DNA of 29,982 bases from a virus (Duplodnaviria > Caudoviricetes), in IMG/VR virus record IMGVR_UViG_3300022178_000238, positions 1-29,982 of that record; one strand, 5' to 3'. Made by a program: the position numbers and the translations under genes. Shown here piece after piece: positions 25,569 to 29,982 of this stretch (positions are counted from its first letter, which is position 1; each line of letters begins with the position of its first letter). The notes under the pieces are model-generated. The model worked only from the letters and a program-made list of their open reading frames with translations. It made no database searches and was not told where the DNA came from.

Positions 25569-25585
25569 ATGGTGCAACCTTTGCT
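25569..25585 (-). promoter_or_regulatory. Putative phage RNAP promoter (AGCAAAGGTTGCACCAT)
   Basis: 16/17 match to consensus; overlaps the amidase stop; upstream of HTH-primase/helicase, like T7 phi3.8. Confidence 0.82.
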
Positions 25586-26006
25586 ATTTCAACCACTCCT
25601 TGACATCAAAAGCAGGGCAGTCTTTCTTCACATCAGGGAGGTCCCTGTGTCCTAGGATTTCAATGTCTCCATATGAAAGTTGAAGCGTGGTGATGACATC
25701 TGAAAGAACATCAAACTGAATGTCCGTAAAATTATTTTCAGAAATAGAAACGTCATCTTCAGTGACTCCACCAACCATCGCGATGCCGATAGAGTTGTGG
25801 TTGTAGCCCTTTGCATGTGCGCCAACATCACCAATGCTGCGTCCATTCTCAACGATGCCATCACGCCTGATTATCAGTTGATAACCACACCCAAAAAATC
25901 CTCTGTGTCGATGCCATGCATCCACCTCAGTCAAACCTATATCCATGCTAGGCTTGGTTGCCGTGCAGTGAATGATTAGGTATTCGGTTTTGTTTCTCTT
26001 AGCCAT
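25584..26006 (-). CDS. N-acetylmuramoyl-L-alanine amidase (T7 gp3.5 lysozyme-like)
   Basis: IIHCTAT, GY, GAHAKGYNHNSIGI, GHRDL, KDCPAF (Zn ligands His/His/Cys). Confidence 0.95.
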   Translation of the reverse strand: MAKRNKTEYLIIHCTATKPSMDIGLTEVDAWHRHRGFFGCGYQLIIRRDGIVENGRSIGDVGAHAKGYNHNSIGIAMVGGVTEDDVSISENNFTDIQFDVLSDVITTLQLSYGDIEILGHRDLPDVKKDCPAFDVKEWLK

Positions 26007-26407
26007 TCGATTGGTATACTCCCCTTGGCATATTTGAATCCGTGCTTCTCACACCACATAGCATATGTAGTCTTGGAAGCTTTACTGATTCGTTGTTTTG
26101 GATTGCTGAAAACAAAGCGTATGTCCAGATGTGGATGCTCCGATTTCAACAATAAATGTTTGGCTCTATCATCGGTCATGAAGCGGCCCTTTGTTTCCAC
26201 AATGATTCCGCTATTGGTTAAGACAAAGTCAGGTGTGTACTTAGACTGCCTTGCTGGTCGTGTGTATTCGATTTTCATTTCCTCGTAAGAGAACGAGATG
26301 CCTTGGCTGTTAAGCTCATCGGCAACTCTCTTCTCAAGTCCTGAACGGAACCCATACTTAAGACCTACGAAATAGTCTTTAGAAGGGGATGTCGTCAAAG
26401 TCTTCAC
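25976..26407 (-). CDS. Endonuclease I / Holliday junction resolvase (T7 gp3-like)
   Basis: FRSGLE, YTPDF, IVETKGRF, LDIRFVF, TTYAMWCEKHGF. The start codon is uncertain (GTG or TTG overlapping the SSB end). Confidence 0.93.
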   Translation of the reverse strand: MKTLTTSPSKDYFVGLKYGFRSGLEKRVADELNSQGISFSYEEMKIEYTRPARQSKYTPDFVLTNSGIIVETKGRFMTDDRAKHLLLKSEHPHLDIRFVFSNPKQRISKASKTTYAMWCEKHGFKYAKGSIPIEWLRETKPNT

Positions 26408-26999
26408 TCGCCTCTGCTAGTGGAACTAAAGGTGCAGGGCTTCCAGCAGATACAAACTCAAAGCCATCTTCGACATCAAACCCAGACGCTGCTCCTGCAC
26501 CACCGCCACCATCCAGTGCTTCAATCAACTGGACAATCTTCATACGCAGTGACACGCCTGCGCCAACCAAACCCGTGTAATAAACTACAGGCTGGAACCC
26601 AATGCGTACCCGACTGCCATTCCATGTTGGAACCTCATCAGTAACGGGGACCTTACGTGCGTCAATGACCAAAGGCTTCTGCTCAAAGTCACCATTGCGA
26701 CCCTGCACTTTTGCCTTAAGCTTGAACTTGAACGACACATCACCTGTCTCATCATCAATAGAGTAGGGTGGGTTGGTTTTAATCTTATCCTTCGTCTTGC
26801 CTGTCTCATCCATCGCATGTTCAATGGAGGACTGCATGTACCAATCAAGCTTTTCCATCAATGGAAGTGCTGCTGAGTTCTCAATGATTAAGGTGCAACC
26901 ATATTCCCCCAATTCGTTGAACTTATAATCTGGGGTAAAGGCCTTAAGCCATTCGGTACGGCCTTCAGGTGTGACGATTGTTGGTAATTTTTGTGACAT
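26379..26999 (-). CDS. Single-stranded DNA-binding protein (T7 gp2.5-like)
   Basis: TPEG..W...PD, FKFKLKA, GSRVRI, GVSLRMKIVQLIE, acidic tail ending in Phe; position before endonuclease I. Confidence 0.92.
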   Translation of the reverse strand: MSQKLPTIVTPEGRTEWLKAFTPDYKFNELGEYGCTLIIENSAALPLMEKLDWYMQSSIEHAMDETGKTKDKIKTNPPYSIDDETGDVSFKFKLKAKVQGRNGDFEQKPLVIDARKVPVTDEVPTWNGSRVRIGFQPVVYYTGLVGAGVSLRMKIVQLIEALDGGGGAGAASGFDVEDGFEFVSAGSPAPLVPLAEASEDFDDIPF

Positions 27000-27038
27000 A
27001 AATATTTCCTAGTTGTCAGGTGCTTATTAAAGCTAGTG

Positions 27039-27167
27039 TTATTTTGAAAAGTTCTTTATGAACTCGTCTATTAAAATTCCCTGCCCTGCTAATGCAGCAG
27101 TCAGGTCTACTGGTAGAAGCTCACCATTCATAATTAGTAAGGCGGCTTTCATTTGTTCGTAAGTCAT
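27039..27167 (-). CDS. 42-aa hypothetical protein not in the ORF track
   Basis: GGAGG-TCACAA-ATG; translates to MTYEQMKAALLIMNGELLPVDLTAALAGQGILIDEFIKNFSK; fills the gap between terminator and SSB. Confidence 0.75.
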   Translation of the reverse strand: MTYEQMKAALLIMNGELLPVDLTAALAGQGILIDEFIKNFSK

Positions 27168-27180
27168 TTGTGACCTCCAC

Positions 27181-27207
27181 AAAAAAGCCCCTGTTTAACG
27201 AGGGGCT
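27181..27207 (-). terminator. Intrinsic terminator after the RNAP gene (TE-like)
   Basis: Minus strand AGCCCCT-CGTTAAAC-AGGGGCT followed by a T run. Confidence 0.85.
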
Positions 27208-27243
27208 GTTAGCTATTTAGCTTGGTACGGATTCTTCTCCGTG

Positions 27244-27260
27244 ATAGTGCAACCTTTGCT
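27244..27260 (-). promoter_or_regulatory. Putative phage RNAP promoter (AGCAAAGGTTGCACTAT)
   Basis: Identical 17-mer to 29939-29955; just downstream of the RNAP gene, like T7 phi1.1; ends in CACTAT as T7 and SP6 promoters do. Confidence 0.87.
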
Positions 27261-27269
27261 ATCTGCAAC

Positions 27270-27290
27270 TACTTCCGTACTGAAAGTATT
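27270..27290. repeat. 21-bp imperfect palindrome, copy A (operator-like)
   Basis: TACTTCCGTACTGAAAGTATT between the RNAP stop and the phage promoter; 19/21 identical to 19810-19830. Confidence 0.65.
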
Positions 27291-29862
27291 ATGCAAAAGA
27301 ATAACGAGACTCTACTGTCAAGGCTAGGTCCAGCGTACCCTTGTTGGGTGGCAGTGGAATGTCGTCCCTGTTCTCAGGTTTCATCTGAGCGCGTAGCTCC
27401 AAGTAAAGGTTGTGGACAATGTCACCAGCCTCATACATCTCAACCATACTCTCCCTGATGATGTGCCAATACTCATCCGTGTCACCAGCGACTGTTGCAA
27501 ATGAGTCATGGATTTGAGAGAAGCTTGTGATACCAGACTCTGCTGCTCTGGACACCGATAGCACAAGATGCGAGGCATCCCAACTGTGGACTGTGTTAGG
27601 GGCCATAGCTTGTGCAGATTTGCGAGTGCATATCTGGTCGGTCTGCTCCTTTAAAGTAAGGTAGATTAAGCTGCCATTGATGCTGGTCTTAACACGCCTT
27701 GGGTTAGTGTCGTAGTAGGATTGCATGACAGGAAATCCAAGAGGTGTGGTCCACCTGACAGGCATTGCATGCATGGTCCCGTCTGGCATTTCAAACTTCT
27801 CCTTGGCAACCTTACTGGCTGCATCAGTGAGCCAATCCATTAGCTGCGCTGGCCTCTTAACAGAATCTACAACAGCATCCCAAAGCAACCTTGCAATGTA
27901 TGATGCTGCACGATAACCATTATCATAACTGAACGGGAAATCTGCACCCGTCTTGTTACACTCACGGAGCAGTGGATGCATGATGTCCTCTTGGATTTGA
28001 TTCTTAAAACCATATTGTTTGGAGCCATAGCTATAGGTCATAACAGAACGCTTGGCACATGACCTACCGAACCCATACTTCAACCACTCAAGCGCAAGCT
28101 CAGTGTAATTTGGGACCCTCACTCCCATGTTGTTGAAGATGTCTGGACCCCAGTGGTCATGTGGTTTCTCAGAGTCCTTACGTAGCTGAGTCACAACCTT
28201 GTCAGCGACAATCTGATAGAGGTCAATAGGCTTCTCGTTAGGTAGGATGTTTACGTTACGGGCTGTGCTTGTGCATAGTGTAGCCATGCTCAGATGTTGG
28301 AGTCCGCTAGCACTGCCATCAAGGGCTATAGGTATGGATGATACGAATGCATCACCTTGCTCAAGGAATCCTTTCCATTCCATAGCAGCAGCCATGAACT
28401 GTAGCGGCTTGTCAGCATCACACCACTTTCGATTCTCAAAGGGCTTCTCAACACATTGAAGAATCCAATCTTCATTGTCCATCACCCACTGCACCCGTGC
28501 TTCAAGTGTATCCTTAGACACCTTATCAAAGTCACCGCAGTTGGCGAGGTGAATGGCTAGCCACTTCCAACCTGACTCACCCAATGGCTTGCCATTAGCA
28601 AACTTTAAGGTGGCTTTCATTTCATCGGGTCCCATCCCATTGTAAGCTGAGACAGCATAGATACGCCCCCTGAAGTCGAGGTTGTATCCAAAGAAGAACT
28701 CATCGTATTCAGAGAATTCTTCTGCTGCTTCCATAGTGCTGTTGAATGATATGCGCTTGGCTGCGGACTCACGATTGCTAGCTTCGATGCGATTCTTTTC
28801 TTTATAGAATGCGGCCCACTGCTGCTTGGTTTCTAGTTGGAAATCATCTGAGTTTAGTTCAGGCTCATTCCATCTAGGTGGTATGCTCGGACACCACTCC
28901 ACCCCCAGTTCAAACATCTCATTGATGAGGTTCAGTATGTCTGTGTTAACAGACCAAGCTGTTTTCTGCATAGCATTGACACCATGAAGAATGACATCAA
29001 TCTCAGCAGCCTTAAGTTCATCCATGTAGTTGTTGTTGTTGGTCTTAACAAACCTGACAGGTCTACAAAAGTGTGAGTAGTAGATGCCACCATTAAGGTT
29101 GTCATAAGTCCAATCCCTAGGCTGAATAACCAGAGGTTTGTACTGAGGCGCAGTCAGTCCAATGCGAGAACTTCTCTCATCAATCCATGCCAATGTCTCA
29201 GGTGTAGCAACCAGCCTTTTGACTGTGTTGTTTTTCCCTTTAGACTCTGTTGTGATTTGCACTAGCCCGACAGTATCAATCAGGATGGTGAGCAACTTAG
29301 AACCAAGAGACATGAGTTGAGCCTGAGTCCACGCTTCCCAATTGTTAATGGTTCCCTTGGCAGTCTCATCATTCATTGCGTTGATGATTACTGTACGTTT
29401 CCAGTGTCCCTCTTTTCTAGTAGAGGCATCGACAAGACGCTTCCAAAGTTTGGCATCTTGCTTTCGCAGGTCAGCCAATCTGAATTCATCCTCAACCTGT
29501 TCAGCAGCTTTCTTTACTATGCTTTGGAGGGTCCCATACTTGATTGAGATTCCGTTGATGATGAACTTCATAAACACAAACGCAATTACATTAGCATCAC
29601 CACCAGCAAGTAATTTTCTAGCTGAACCAGCGCGCCCACCTCGACCCACTGGTGCTTCCATTTCCTCACTGATACCTGCAGCAAACTTGGCTAGTCCATG
29701 CGTCAACATGGCCTGTCCATATTGAGTCCCCGACTCCCCTCTTTGAGCCTGCTGCTTGCCCAACTGGTTGGCACTTCTTTCAACACCAGCATCCCTCATT
29801 CGCTTCTCAATAAGAAGCTGTGCATCCATCAATAAATCACCTGTAATTACACTGTTAGACAT
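27289..29862 (-). CDS. Single-subunit DNA-directed RNA polymerase (T7 gp1-like)
   Basis: DFRGRIY, motif A DGSASGLQH, motif B AKRSVMTYSYGS, WTTPLGFPV, APNTVHSWDASHL, motif C IHDSF, C-terminal YSFA. Confidence 0.98.
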   Translation of the reverse strand: MSNSVITGDLLMDAQLLIEKRMRDAGVERSANQLGKQQAQRGESGTQYGQAMLTHGLAKFAAGISEEMEAPVGRGGRAGSARKLLAGGDANVIAFVFMKFIINGISIKYGTLQSIVKKAAEQVEDEFRLADLRKQDAKLWKRLVDASTRKEGHWKRTVIINAMNDETAKGTINNWEAWTQAQLMSLGSKLLTILIDTVGLVQITTESKGKNNTVKRLVATPETLAWIDERSSRIGLTAPQYKPLVIQPRDWTYDNLNGGIYYSHFCRPVRFVKTNNNNYMDELKAAEIDVILHGVNAMQKTAWSVNTDILNLINEMFELGVEWCPSIPPRWNEPELNSDDFQLETKQQWAAFYKEKNRIEASNRESAAKRISFNSTMEAAEEFSEYDEFFFGYNLDFRGRIYAVSAYNGMGPDEMKATLKFANGKPLGESGWKWLAIHLANCGDFDKVSKDTLEARVQWVMDNEDWILQCVEKPFENRKWCDADKPLQFMAAAMEWKGFLEQGDAFVSSIPIALDGSASGLQHLSMATLCTSTARNVNILPNEKPIDLYQIVADKVVTQLRKDSEKPHDHWGPDIFNNMGVRVPNYTELALEWLKYGFGRSCAKRSVMTYSYGSKQYGFKNQIQEDIMHPLLRECNKTGADFPFSYDNGYRAASYIARLLWDAVVDSVKRPAQLMDWLTDAASKVAKEKFEMPDGTMHAMPVRWTTPLGFPVMQSYYDTNPRRVKTSINGSLIYLTLKEQTDQICTRKSAQAMAPNTVHSWDASHLVLSVSRAAESGITSFSQIHDSFATVAGDTDEYWHIIRESMVEMYEAGDIVHNLYLELRAQMKPENRDDIPLPPNKGTLDLALTVESRYSFA

Positions 29863-29938
29863 TTGTCTACTCCATTAAATTTACTTTCAATGCTGAATCT
29901 ATACACCCACGCAAGTACCTCGCGCTGGCCTCTCGGCC

Positions 29939-29955
29939 ATAGTGCAACCTTTGCT
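29939..29955 (-). promoter_or_regulatory. Putative phage RNAP promoter upstream of the RNAP gene
   Basis: AGCAAAGGTTGCACTAT followed by GG, about 75 nt upstream of the RNAP start codon. Confidence 0.82.
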
Positions 29956-29982
29956 CTGAGCCATCATTTGGCCCCATTTGTC

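Larger units (their letters stand above)
1..29982 (-). mobile_element. Segment of a T7-like (Autographiviridae) phage genome
   Basis: Co-oriented T7-order genes from RNAP through replication genes to portal, capsid, tail and internal virion proteins. No host housekeeping genes are seen. ThyX, RNR and PhoH suggest an aquatic/marine lineage (inference). Confidence 0.97.

Noticed and set aside
25497-25577. N-terminal 27-aa extension (MHHHSNQ...) of the HTH ORF
   Set aside because: It starts within the promoter upstream of the predicted +1 and runs through leader hairpins; ATG 25496 has a purine-rich RBS.
2031-29725. All other plus-strand ORFs and nested alternative-frame minus-strand ORFs in the track
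   Set aside because: They overlap well-supported minus-strand genes, show no recognisable motifs, and conflict with the single-strand organisation of T7-like genomes.
1-29982. tRNA, CRISPR array, intron, intein, homing endonuclease, integrase or alternative genetic code
   Set aside because: No cloverleaf or repeat-spacer pattern was seen. Polymerases, helicase and RNR are uninterrupted and of normal or short length, and genes read through in the standard code.

Overview
This window is about 30 kb of a T7-like podophage genome (Autographiviridae), with every supportable gene on the minus strand. Reading right to left: single-subunit RNA polymerase, a 42-aa ORF missed by the ORF track, SSB, endonuclease I, amidase, small HTH protein, primase/helicase, family A DNA polymerase and a gp5.7-like protein. 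Next comes an unusually large nucleotide-metabolism block: ThyX, exonuclease, DUF3310, a PAPS-reductase-like PP-loop protein, thioredoxin/glutaredoxin, class I RNR alpha and beta, and PhoH. The T7-order morphogenesis module follows (gp6.5-like, small virion protein, portal, scaffold, capsid, tail tubes A/B, gp13-gp16, tail fibre). Non-coding signals read directly from the sequence: four copies of a putative phage-RNAP promoter (AGCAAAGGTTGCACTAT), hairpins at the predicted +1 of three of them, three intrinsic terminators, a separate 21-bp imperfect palindrome repeated at two gene boundaries, a structured 185-nt capsid leader, and strong avoidance of GATC and CCGG. The most novel candidates are the PP-loop/Cys-rich enzyme coupled to thioredoxin-RNR, the operator-like palindrome, and a gp2.5-type SSB ending in a bacterial SSB-type tail (DFDDIPF). 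All assignments come from motif recognition by eye; no database searches or computations were run.
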